Shown piece by piece: positions 30,040-41,600 of a stretch of DNA of 64,000 nt. Under the pieces are notes generated by a model. The model ran no database searches. It was not told the origin of the DNA and saw only the letters and a program-made list of their open reading frames with translations. A program made the translations under genes and the position numbers. Position 1 is the stretch's first letter, and each line of letters begins with the position of its first letter. Source of the DNA: Auanema rhodensis. Taxonomy: Eukaryota; Animalia; Nematoda. Location: NCBI GenBank assembly GCA_964057225.1, contig OZ059899.1, positions 19,530,001 through 19,594,000 on the forward strand, given 5' to 3'.

Positions 30040-32040
30040 TTTAAAAAATGATGCATTAGTGTATGTTGAGTTTCCATGTACACTCAACATTGCTTCCAAA
30101 AACATTTTGACAAAAATTTTTCCGAAAAATTTCGAGAAAATTTTGCGAAAAGTAGATGTTTTTAGATTCCTTTTTCCAAGGCAAAGACGATGGACAATGT
30201 TATTCAACGAAAAAATTATTTCTGCAGGGTGAAAATCGAGGATATAAGTGTGAACTTATATCAGTTGATATCTCGGTGCATTTTTAAGCTAGCGCAAATC
30301 TGATAACACAGATCGACGCAGCTTAAAAATCCGCATCGAATGCACTATACAACATTGAGAAACGCTTGATACAAAAATTAGTTATGATCGTTTGAAAAAT
30401 GATGCATTAGTGTATGTTGAGTTTCCATGTACACTCAACATTGCTTCCAAAAACATTTTGACAAAAATTTTTCCGAAGAATTTCAAAATAATTTCGCGAA
30501 AAGTAGATGTTTTTAGATTCCTTTTTTCAAGGCAAAGACGATGGACAACGTTATTCAACGAAAAAATTAATTCTCCAGAGTGAAAATCGAGGATATAAGT
30601 GTGAACTTATATCAGTTGATATCTCGGTGCAATTTTAAGCTAGCGCAAATCTGATAATACAGATCGACGCAGCTTAAAAATCCGCATCGAATGCATTATA
30701 CTGCATTGAGAAACGCTTAATACAAAAGTTAGTTATGATCGTTTGAAAAATGATGCATTAGTGTATGTTGAGTTTCCATGTACACTCAACATTGCTTCCA
30801 AAAACATTTTGACAAAAATTTTTCCGAAAAATTTCAAAATAATTTCGCAAAAAGTAGATGTTTTTAGATTCCTTTTTTCAAGGCAAAGACGATGGACAAT
30901 GTTATTCAACGAAAAAATTAATTCTGCAGGGTGAAAATCGAGGATATAAGTGTGAACTTATATCAGTTGATATCTCGGTGCATTTTTAAGCTAGCGCAAA
31001 TCTGATAACAAAGATCGACGCAGCTTAAAAATCCGCATCGAATGCACTATACAACATTGAGAAACGCTTAATACAAAAGTTAGTTATGATCGTTTGAAAA
31101 ATGATGCATTAGTGTATGTTGAGTTTCCATGTACACTCAACATTGCTTCCAAAAACATTTTGACAAAAATTTTTCCGAAAAATTTCGAGAAAATTTTGCG
31201 AAAAGTAGATGTTTTTAGATTCCTTTTTCCAAGGCAAAAACGATGGACAATGTTATTCAACGAAAAAATTATTTCTGCAGGGTGAAAATCGAGGATATAA
31301 GTGTGAACTTATATCAGTTGATATCTCGGTGCATTTTTAAGCTAGCGCAAATCTGATAACACAGATCGACGCAGCTTAAAAATCCGCATCGAATGCACTA
31401 TACAACATTGAGAAACGCTTGATACAAAAATTAGTTATGATCGTTTGAAAAATGATGCATTAGTGTATGTTGAGTTTCCATGTACACTCAACATTGCTTC
31501 CAAAAACATTTTGACAAAAATTTTTCCGAAGAATTTCAAAATAATTTCGCGAAAAGTAGATGTTTTTAGATTCCTTTTTTCAAGGCAAAGACGATGGACA
31601 ACGTTATTCAACGAAAAAATTAATTCTCCAGAGTGAAAATCGAGGATATAAGTGTGAACTTATATCAGTTGATATCTCGGTGCAATTTTAAGCTAGCGCA
31701 AATCTGATAATACAGATCGACGCAGCTTAAAAATCCGCATCGAATGCATTATACTGCATTGAGAAACGCTTAATACAAAAGTTAGTTATGATCGTTTGAA
31801 AAATGATGCATTAGTGTATGTTGAGTTTCCATGTACACTCAACATTGCTTCCAAAAACATTTTGACAAAAATTTTTCCGAAAAATTTCAAAATAATTTCG
31901 CAAAAAGTAGATGTTTTTAGATTCCTTTTTTCAAGGCAAAGACGATGGACAATGTTATTCAACGAAAAAATTAATTCTGCAGGGTGAAAATCGAGGATAT
32001 AAGTGTGAACTTATATCAGTTGATATCTCGGTACATTTTA
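30040..32040. repeat. 3-monomer duplication (1053 bp) close to the junction
   Basis: Private variants TTTTCCAAGG, CCGAAGAA, GACAACGTT, TTCTCCAGAG and GCATTATAC occur twice, 1053 bp apart (monomers 30392 and 31445). Confidence 0.88.
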
Positions 32041-32660
32041 AAGCTAGCGCAAATCTGATAACACAGATCGACGCAGCTTAAAAATCCGCATCGAATGCAC
32101 TATACTACATTGAGAAACGCTTAATACAAAAATTAGTTATGATCGTTTGAAAAATGATGCATTAGTGTATGTTGAGTTTCCATGTACACTCAACATTGCT
32201 TCCAAAAACATTTTTACAAAAATTTTTCCGAAAAATTTCAAAATAATTTCGCAAAAAGTAGATGTTTTTAGATTCCTTTTTTCAAGGCAAAGACGATGGA
32301 CAATGTTATTCAACGAAAAAATTAATTCTGCAGGGTGAAAATCGAGGATATAAGTGTGAACTTATATCAGTTGATATCTCGGTGCATTTTAAAGCTAGCG
32401 CAAATCTGATAACACAGATCGACGCAGCTTAAAAATCCGCATCGAATGCACTATACTACATTGAGAAACGCTTAATACAAAAATTAGTTATGATCGTTTG
32501 AAAAATGATGCATTAGTGTATGTTGAGTTTCCATGTACACTCAACATTGCTTCCAAAAACATTTTTACAAAAATTTTTCCGAAAAATTTCAAAATAATTT
32601 CGCAAAAAGTAGATGTTTTTAGATTCCTTTTTTCAAGGCAAAGACGATGGACAATGTTAT

Positions 32661-32672
32661 GATTAGACAATG
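32661..32672. other. 12-bp junction insert GATTAGACAATG between the two satellite arrays
   Basis: These bases match neither the expected continuation of the 351-bp monomer (TCAACGAAAA) nor the bases that normally precede CCATGA in the 176-bp monomer (GGTGCATGGTAA). Confidence 0.93.
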
Positions 32673-35600
32673 CCATGATTTTGAAATTTACGTGAACTTT
32701 AATTTATGCTAATTAAATGTACACATGGTGTGCACTCGGTATGTAACTCGCTTCACGTGAAAGATAAAGAGATGCGGTTTTCGAAATTAGATTCCCCATG
32801 TCCATATTAATCTAAAAACAAATTTTTATTGATATTGGTGCATGGTAACCATGACTTTGAAATTTACGTGAACTTTATTTTATGCTACATAAATGTACAC
32901 GTGGTGTGCACTCGGTATGTATCTCGCTTCACGTGAAAGAAAAAGAGATGCGGTTTCCAAAATTAGATTCCCCATGTCCATATTAGTCTAAAAACAGTTT
33001 TTTACTGATATTGGTGCATGGTAACCATGATTTTGAAATTTACGTGAACTTTAATTTATGCTAATTAAATGTACACATGGTGTGCACTCGGTATGTAACT
33101 CGCTTCACGTGAAAGATAAAGAGATGCGGTTTTCAAAATTAGATTCCCCATGTCCATATTAGTCTAAAAACAAATTTTAATGATATTGGTGCATGGTAAC
33201 CATGACTTTGAATTTTACGTGAACTTTAATTTATGCTAATTAAATGTACACGTGATGTGCACTTGGTATGTAACTTGCTTCACGTGAAAGATAAAGAGAT
33301 GCGGTTTTCAAAATTAGACTCCCCATGTCCATATTAGTCTAAAAACAAATTTTTATTGATATTGGTGCATGGTAACCATGACTTTGAAATTTACGTGAAC
33401 TTTAATTTATGCTAATTAAATGTACACGTGGTGTGCACTCGGTATGTAACTCGCTTCACGTGAAAGATAAAGAGATGCGGTTTTTAAAATTAGACTCCCC
33501 ATGTCCATATTAGTCTAAAAACAAATTTTTATTGATATTGGTGCATGGTAACCATGACTTTGAAATTTACGTGAACTTTAATTTATGCTAATTAAATGTA
33601 CACGTGGTGTGCACTCGGTATGTAACTCGCTTCACGTGAAAGATAAAGAGATGCGGTTTTTAAAATTAGATTCCCCATGTCCATATTAGTCTGAAAACAA
33701 TTTTTTACTGATATTGGTGCATGGTAACCATGACTTTGAAATTTACGTGAACTTTAATTTATGCTAATTAAATGTACACGTGGTGTGCACTCGGTATGTA
33801 ACTCGCTTCACGTGAAAGATAAAGAGATGCGGTTTTTAAAATTAGATTCCCCATGTCCATATTAGTCTGAAAACAATTTTTTACTGATATTGGTGCATGG
33901 TAACCATGACTTTGAAATTTACGTGAACTTTAATTTATGCTAATTAAATGTACAAGTGATGTGCACTTGGTATGTAACTCGCTTCACGTGAAAGATAAGG
34001 AGATGCGGTTTTCACAATTAGATTCCCCATGTCCATATTAGTCTAAAAACAAATTTTTATTGATATTGGTGCATGGTAACCATGACTTTGAAATCTACGT
34101 GAACTTTAATTTATGCTAATTAAATGTACACGTGATGTGCACTTGGTATGTAACTCGCTTCACGTGAAAGATAAAGAGATGCGGTTTTTAAAATTAGACT
34201 CCCCATGTCCATATTAGTCTAAAAACAAATTTTTATTGATATTGGTGCATGGTAACCATGACTTTGAAATTTACGTGAACTTTAATTTATGCTAATTAAA
34301 TGTACACGTGGTGTGCACTCGGTATGTAACTCGCTTCACGTGAAAGATAAAGAGATGCGGTTTTTAAAATTAGATTCCCCATGTCCATACTAGTCTGAAA
34401 ACAATTTTTTACTGATATTGGTGCATGGTAACCATGACTTTGAAATTTACGTGAACTTTAATTTATGCTAATTAAATGTACACGTGATGTGCACTTGGTA
34501 TGTAACTTGCTTCACGTGAAAGATAAAGAGATGCGGTTTTCAAAATTAGATTTCCCATGTCCATATTAGTCTTAAAACAAATTTTTATTGATATTGGTGC
34601 ATGGTAACCATGACTTTGAAATTTACGTGAACTTTAATTTATGCTAATTAAATGTACACGTGGTGTGCACTCGGTATGTAACTCGCTTCACGTGAAAGAT
34701 AAAGAGATGCGGTTTTTAAAATTAGATTCCCCATGTCCATACTAGTCTGAAAACAATTTTTTACTGATATTGGTGCATGGTAACCATGACTTTGAAATTT
34801 ACGTGAACTTTAATTTATGCTAATTAAATGTACACGTGATGTGCACTTGGTATGTAACTCGCTTCACGTGAAAGATAAAGAGATGCGGTTTTTAAAATTA
34901 GATTCCCCATGTCCATATTAGTCTAGAAACAAATTTTTATTGATATTGGTGCATGGTAACCATGACTTTGAAATTTACGTGAACTTTAATTTATGCTAAT
35001 TAAATGTACACGTGATGTGCACTTGGTATGTAACTTGCTTCACGTGAAAGATAAAGAGATGCGGTTTTCAAAATTAGATTCTTCATGTCCATATCAGTCT
35101 TAAAACAAATTTTCATTGATATTGGTGCATGGTAACCATGACTTTGAAATCTACGTGAACTTTAATTTATGCTAATTAAATGTACACGTGATGTGCACTT
35201 GGTATGTAACTCGCTTCACGTGAAAGATAAAGAGATGCGGTTTTTAAAATTAGACTCCCCATGTCCATATTAGTCTAAAAACAAATTTTTATTGATATTG
35301 GTGCATGGTAACCATGACTTTGAAATTTACGTGAACTTTAATTTATGCTAATTAAATGTACACGTGGTGTGCACTCGGTATGTACCTCGCTTCACGTGAA
35401 AGATAAAGAGATGCGGTTTTTGAAATTAGATTCCCCATGTCCATATTAGTCTGAAAACAATTTTTTACTGATATTGGTGCATGGTAACCATGACTTTGAA
35501 ATTTACGTGAACTTTAATTTATGCTAATTAAATGTACACGTGGTGTGCACTCGGTATGTAACTCGCTTCACGTGAAAGATAAAGAGATGCGGTTTTTAAA

Positions 35601-38600
35601 ATTAGATTCCCCATGTCCATATTAGTCTGAAAACAATTTTTTACTGATATTGGTGCATGGTAACCATGACTTTGAAATTTACGTGAACTTTAATTTATGC
35701 TAATTAAATGTACAAGTGATGTGCACTTGGTATGTAACTCGCTTCACGTGAAAGATAAGGAGATGCGGTTTTCACAATTAGATTCCCCATGTCCATATTA
35801 GTCTAAAAACAAATTTTTATTGATATTGGTGCATGGTAACCATGACTTTGAAATCTACGTGAACTTTAATTTATGCTAATTAAATGAACACGTGATGTGC
35901 ACTTGGTATGTAACTCGCTTCACGTGAAAGATAAAGAGATGCGGTTTTTAAAATTAGACTCCCCATGTCCATACTAGTCTGAAAACAATTTTTTACTGAT
36001 ATTGGTGCATGGTAACCATGACTTTGAAATTTACGTGAACTTTAATTTATGCTAATTAAATGTACACGTGGTGTGCACTCGGTATGTAACTCGCTTCACG
36101 TGAAAGATAAAGAGATGCGGTTTTTAAAATTAGATTCCCCATGTCCATACTAGTCTGAAAACAATTTTTTACTGATATTGGTGCATGGTAACCATGACTT
36201 TGAAATTTACGTGAACTTTAATTTATGCTAATTAAATGTACACGTGATGTGCACTTGGTATGTAACTCGCTTCACGTGAAAGATAAAGAGATGCGGTTTT
36301 TAAAATTAGATTCCCCATGTCCATATTAGTCTAGAAACAAATTTTTATTGATATTGGTGCATGGTAACCATGACTTTGAAATTTACGTGAACTTTAATTT
36401 ATGCTAATTAAATGTACACGTGATGTGCACTTGGTATGTAACTTGCTTCACGTGAAAGATAAAGAGATGCGGTTTTCAAAATTAGATTCTTCATGTCCAT
36501 ATCAGTCTTAAAACAAATTTTCATTGATATTGGTGCATGGTAACCATGACTTTGAAATCTACGTGAACTTTAATTTATGCTAATTAAATGTACACGTGAT
36601 GTGCACTTGGTATGTAACTCGCTTCACGTGAAAGATAAAGAGATGCGGTTTTTAAAATTAGACTCCCCATGTCCATATTAGTCTAAAAACAAATTTTTAT
36701 TGATATTGGTGCATGGTAACCATGACTTTGAAATTTACGTGAACTTTAATTTATGCTAATTAAATGTACACGTGGTGTGCACTCGGTATGTAACTCGCTT
36801 CACGTGAAAGATAAAGAGATGCGGTTTTTAAAATTAGATTCCCCATGTCCATACTAGTCTGAAAACAATTTTTTACTGATATTGGTGCATGGTAACCATG
36901 ACTTTGAAATTTACGTGAACTTTAATTTATGCTAATTAAATGTACACGTGATGTGCACTTGGTATGTAACTCGCTTCACGTGAAAGATAAAGAGATGCGG
37001 TTTTCAAAATTAGATTCCCCATGTCCATATTAGTCTAGAAACAAATTTTTATTGATATTGGTGCATGGTAACCATGACTTTGAAATTTACGTGAACTTTA
37101 ATTTATGCTAATTAAATGTACACGTGGTGTGCACTCGGTATGTAACTCGCTTCACGTGAAAGATAAAGAGATGCGGTTTTTAAAATTAGATTCCCCATGT
37201 CCATATTAGTCTGAAAACAATTTTTCACTGATATTGGTGCATGGTAACCATGACTTTGAATTTTACGTGAACTTTAATTTATGCTAATTAAACGTACACG
37301 TGGTGTGCACTCGGTATGTAACTCGCTTCACGTGAAAGATAAAGAGATGCGGTTTTCAAAAATAGATTCCCCATGTCCATATTAGTCTAAAAACAAATTT
37401 TTATTGATATTGGTGCATGGTAACCATGACTTTGAAATTTACGTGAACTTTAATTTATGCTAATTAAATGTACACGTGGTGTGCACCCGGTATGTAACTC
37501 GCTTCACGTGAAAGATAAAGAGATGAGGTTTTCCCAATTAGATTCCCCATGTCCATATTAGTCTAAAAACAAAGTTTTATCGATATTGGTGCATGGTAAC
37601 CATGACTTTGAAATTTACGTGAATTTTATTTTATGCTACATAAATGTACACGTGGTGTGCACTCGGTATGTATCTCGCTTCACGTGAAAGAAAAAGAGAT
37701 GCGGTTTCCAAAATTAGATTCCCCATGTCCATATTAGTCTAAAAACAGTTTTTTACTGATATTGGATCATGGTAACCATGATTTTGAAATTTACGTGAAC
37801 TCTAATTTATGCTAATTAAATGTACACATGGTGTGCACTCGGTATGTAACTCGCTTCACGTGAAAGATAAAGAGATGCGGTTTTCAAAATTAGATTCCCC
37901 ATGTCCATATTAGTCTAAAAACAAATTTTAATGATATTGGTGCATGGTAACCATGACTTTGAATTTTACGTGAACTTTAATTTATGCTAATTAAACGTAC
38001 ACGTGGTGTGCACTCGGTATGTAACTCGCTTCACGTGAAAGATAAAGAGATGCGGTTTTCAAAAATAGATTCCCCATGTCCATATTAGTCTAAAAACAAA
38101 TTTTTATTGATATTGGTGCATGGTAACCATGACTTTGAATTTTACGTGAACTTTAATTTATGCTAATTAAATGTACACGTGGTGTGCACTCGGTATGTAA
38201 CTCGCTTCACGTGAAAGATAAAGAGATGCGGTTTTCAAAATTAGATTTCCCATGTCCATATTAGTCTTAAAACAAATTTTTATTGATATTGGTGCATGGT
38301 AACCATGACTTTGAAATTTACGTGAACTTTAATTTATGCTAATTAAATGTACACGTGGTGTGCACTCGGTATGTAACTCGCTTCACGTGAAAGATAAAGA
38401 GATGCGGTTTTTAAAATTAGACTCCCCATGTCCATATTAGTCTAAAAACAAATTTTTATTGATATTGGTGCATGGTAACCATGACTTTGAAATTTACGTG
38501 AACTTTAATTTATGCTAATTAAATGTACACGTGGTGTGCACTCGGTATGTAACTCGCTTCACGTGAAAGATAAAGAGATGCGGTTTTTAAAATTAGATTC

Positions 38601-41600
38601 CCCATGTCCATATTAGTCTGAAAACAATTTTTTACTGATATTGGTGCATGGTAACCATGACTTTGAAATTTACGTGAACTTTAATTTATGCTAATTAAAT
38701 GTACACGTGGTGTGCACTCGGTATGTAACTCGCTTCACGTGAAAGATAAAGAGATGCGGTTTTTAAAATTAGATTCCCCATGTCCATATTAGTCTGAAAA
38801 CAATTTTTTACTGATATTGGTGCATGGTAACCATGACTTTGAAATTTACGTGAACTTTAATTTATGCTAATTAAATGTACAAGTGATGTGCACTTGGTAT
38901 GTAACTCGCTTCACGTGAAAGATAAGGAGATGCGGTTTTCACAATTAGATTCCCCATGTCCATATTAGTCTAAAAACAAATTTTTATTGATATTGGTGCA
39001 TGGTAACCATGACTTTGAAATCTACGTGAACTTTAATTTATGCTAATTAAATGTACACGTGATGTGCACTTGGTATGTAACTCGCTTCACGTGAAAGATA
39101 AAGAGATGCGGTTTTTAAAATTAGACTCCCCATGTCCATATTAGTCTAAAAACAAATTTTTATTGATATTGGTGCATGGTAACCATGACTTTGAAATTTA
39201 CGTGAACTTTAATTTATGCTAATTAAATGTACACGTGGTGTGCACTCGGTATGTAACTCGCTTCACGTGAAAGATAAAGAGATGCGGTTTTTAAAATTAG
39301 ATTCCCCATGTCCATACTAGTCTGAAAACAATTTTTTACTGATATTGGTGCATGGTAACCATGACTTTGAAATTTACGTGAACTTTAATTTATGCTAATT
39401 AAATGTACACGTGATGTGCACTTGGTATGTAACTCGCTTCACGTGAAAGATAAAGAGATGCGGTTTTTAAAATTAGATTCCCCATGTCCATATTAGTCTA
39501 GGAACAAATTTTTATTGATATTGGTGCATGGTAACCATGACTTTGAAATTTACGTGAACTTTAATTTATGCTAATTAAATGTACACGTGGTGTGCACTCG
39601 GTATGTAACTCGCTTCACGTGAAAGATAAAGAGATGCGGTTTTTAAAATTAGATTCCCCATGTCCATATTAGTCTGAAAACAATTTTTCACTGATATTGG
39701 TGCATGGTAACCATGACTTTGAATTTTACGTGAACTTTAATTTATGCTAATTAAACGTACACGTGGTGTGCACTCGGTATGTAACTCGCTTCACGTGAAA
39801 GATAAAGAGATGCGGTTTTCAAAAATAGATTCCCCATGTCCATATTAGTCTAAAAACAATTTTTTATTGATATTGGTGCATGGTAACCATGACTTTGAAA
39901 TTTACGTGAACTTTAATTTATGCTAATTAAATGTACACGTGGTGTGCACTCGGTATGTAACTCGCTTCACGTGAAAGATAAAGAGATGCGGTTTTTGAAA
40001 TTAGATTCCCCATGTCCATACTAGTCTGAAAACAATTTTTTACTGATATTGGTGCATGGTAACCATGACTTTGAAATTTACGTGAACTTTAATTTATGCT
40101 AATTAAATGTACACGTGATGTGCACTTGGTATGTAACTCGCTTCACGTGAAAGATAAAGAGATGCGGTTTTTAAAATTAGATTCCCCATGTCCATATTAG
40201 TCTAGAAACAAATTTTTATTGATATTGGTGCATGGTAACCATGACTTTGAAATTTACGTGAACTTTAATTTATGCTAATTAAATGTACACGTGATGTGCA
40301 CTTGGTATGTAACTTGCTTCACGTGAAAGATAAAGAGATGCGGTTTTCAAAATTAGATTCTTCATGTCCATATCAGTCTTAAAACAAATTTTCATTGATA
40401 TTGGTGCATGGTAACCATGACTTTGAAATCTACGTGAACTTTAATTTATGCTAATTAAATGTACACGTGATGTGCACTTGGTATGTAACTCGCTTCACGT
40501 GAAAGATAAAGAGATGCGGTTTTTAAAATTAGACTCCCCATGTCCATATTAGTCTAAAAACAAATTTTTATTGATATTGGTGCATGGTAACCATGACTTT
40601 GAAATTTACGTGAACTTTAATTTATGCTAATTAAATGTACACGTGGTGTGCACTCGGTATGTAACTCGCTTCACGTGAAAGATAAAGAGATGCGGTTTTT
40701 AAAATTAGATTCCCCATGTCCATACTAGTCTGAAAACAATTTTTTACTGATATTGGTGCATGGTAACCATGACTTTGAAATTTACGTGAACTTTAATTTA
40801 TGCTAATTAAATGTACACGTGATGTGCACTTGGTATGTAACTCGCTTCACGTGAAAGATAAAGAGATGCGGTTTTTAAAATTAGATTCCCCATGTCCATA
40901 TTAGTCTAGAAACAAATTTTTATTGATATTGGTGCATGGTAACCATGACTTTGAAATTTACGTGAACTTTATTTTATGCTACATAAATGTACACGTGGTG
41001 TGCACTCGGTATGTATCTCGCTTCACGTGAAAGAAAAAGAGATGCGGTTTCCAAAATTAGATTCCCCATGTCCATATTAGTCTAAAAACAGTTTTTTACT
41101 GATATTGGTGCATGGTAACCATGATTTTGAAATTTACGTGAACTTTAATTTATGCTAATTAAATGTACACATGGTGTGCACTCGGTATGTAACTCGCTTC
41201 ACGTGAAAGATAAAGAGATGCGGTTTTTAAAATTAGATTCCCCATGTCCATATTAGTCTGAAAACAATTTTTCACTGATATTGGTGCATGGTAACCATGA
41301 CTTTGAATTTTACGTGAACTTTAATTTATGCTAATTAAACGTACACGTGGTGTGCACTCGGTATGTAACTCGCTTCACGTGAAAGATAAAGAGATGCGGT
41401 TTTCAAAAATAGATTCCCCATGTCCATATTAGTCTAAAAACAAATTTTTATTGATATTGGTGCATGGTAACCATGACTTTGAATTTTACGTGAACTTTAA
41501 TTTATGCTAATTAAATGTACACGTGATGTGCACTTGGTATGTAACTTGCTTCACGTGAAAGATAAAGAGATGCGGTTTTCAAAATTAGATTTCCCATGTC

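Larger units (their letters stand above)
1..32660. repeat. Satellite array A: about 93 head-to-tail copies of a 351-bp AT-rich monomer, continuing off the left edge
   Basis: Landmarks recur every 351 bp (TTGAAAAATGATGC at 207, 558, 909, etc.). Monomers differ by only a few substitutions, with +1 indels near 13002 and 14407 and -1 indels near 22045, 23097 and 24149. The array stops at ...GGACAATGTTAT (32660), where the monomer would continue TCAACG. Confidence 0.99.

Noticed and set aside
207-32338. About 90 tandem 63-aa ORFs (MKNDALVYVEFPCTL...), plus 87-aa frameshift variants, read as a tandem gene family
   Set aside because: They start at TTG and resemble no domain I recognise. The residue content (K, F, I, N) mirrors the A/T tracts, most variants are non-synonymous, frameshifted and start-less copies are amplified like the rest, and the non-ORF half of the monomer is equally conserved.
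32488-32676. 62-aa minus-strand ORF crossing the junction (possible fusion gene)
   Set aside because: The ATG comes by chance from the CCAT at the start of array B, and the rest is antisense satellite with no sign of coding function.
32752-32761. Budding-yeast CDEI-like element
   Set aside because: TTCACGTG misses the RTCACRTG consensus at the first base, there is no CDEII/CDEIII arrangement, and the context is a satellite array.
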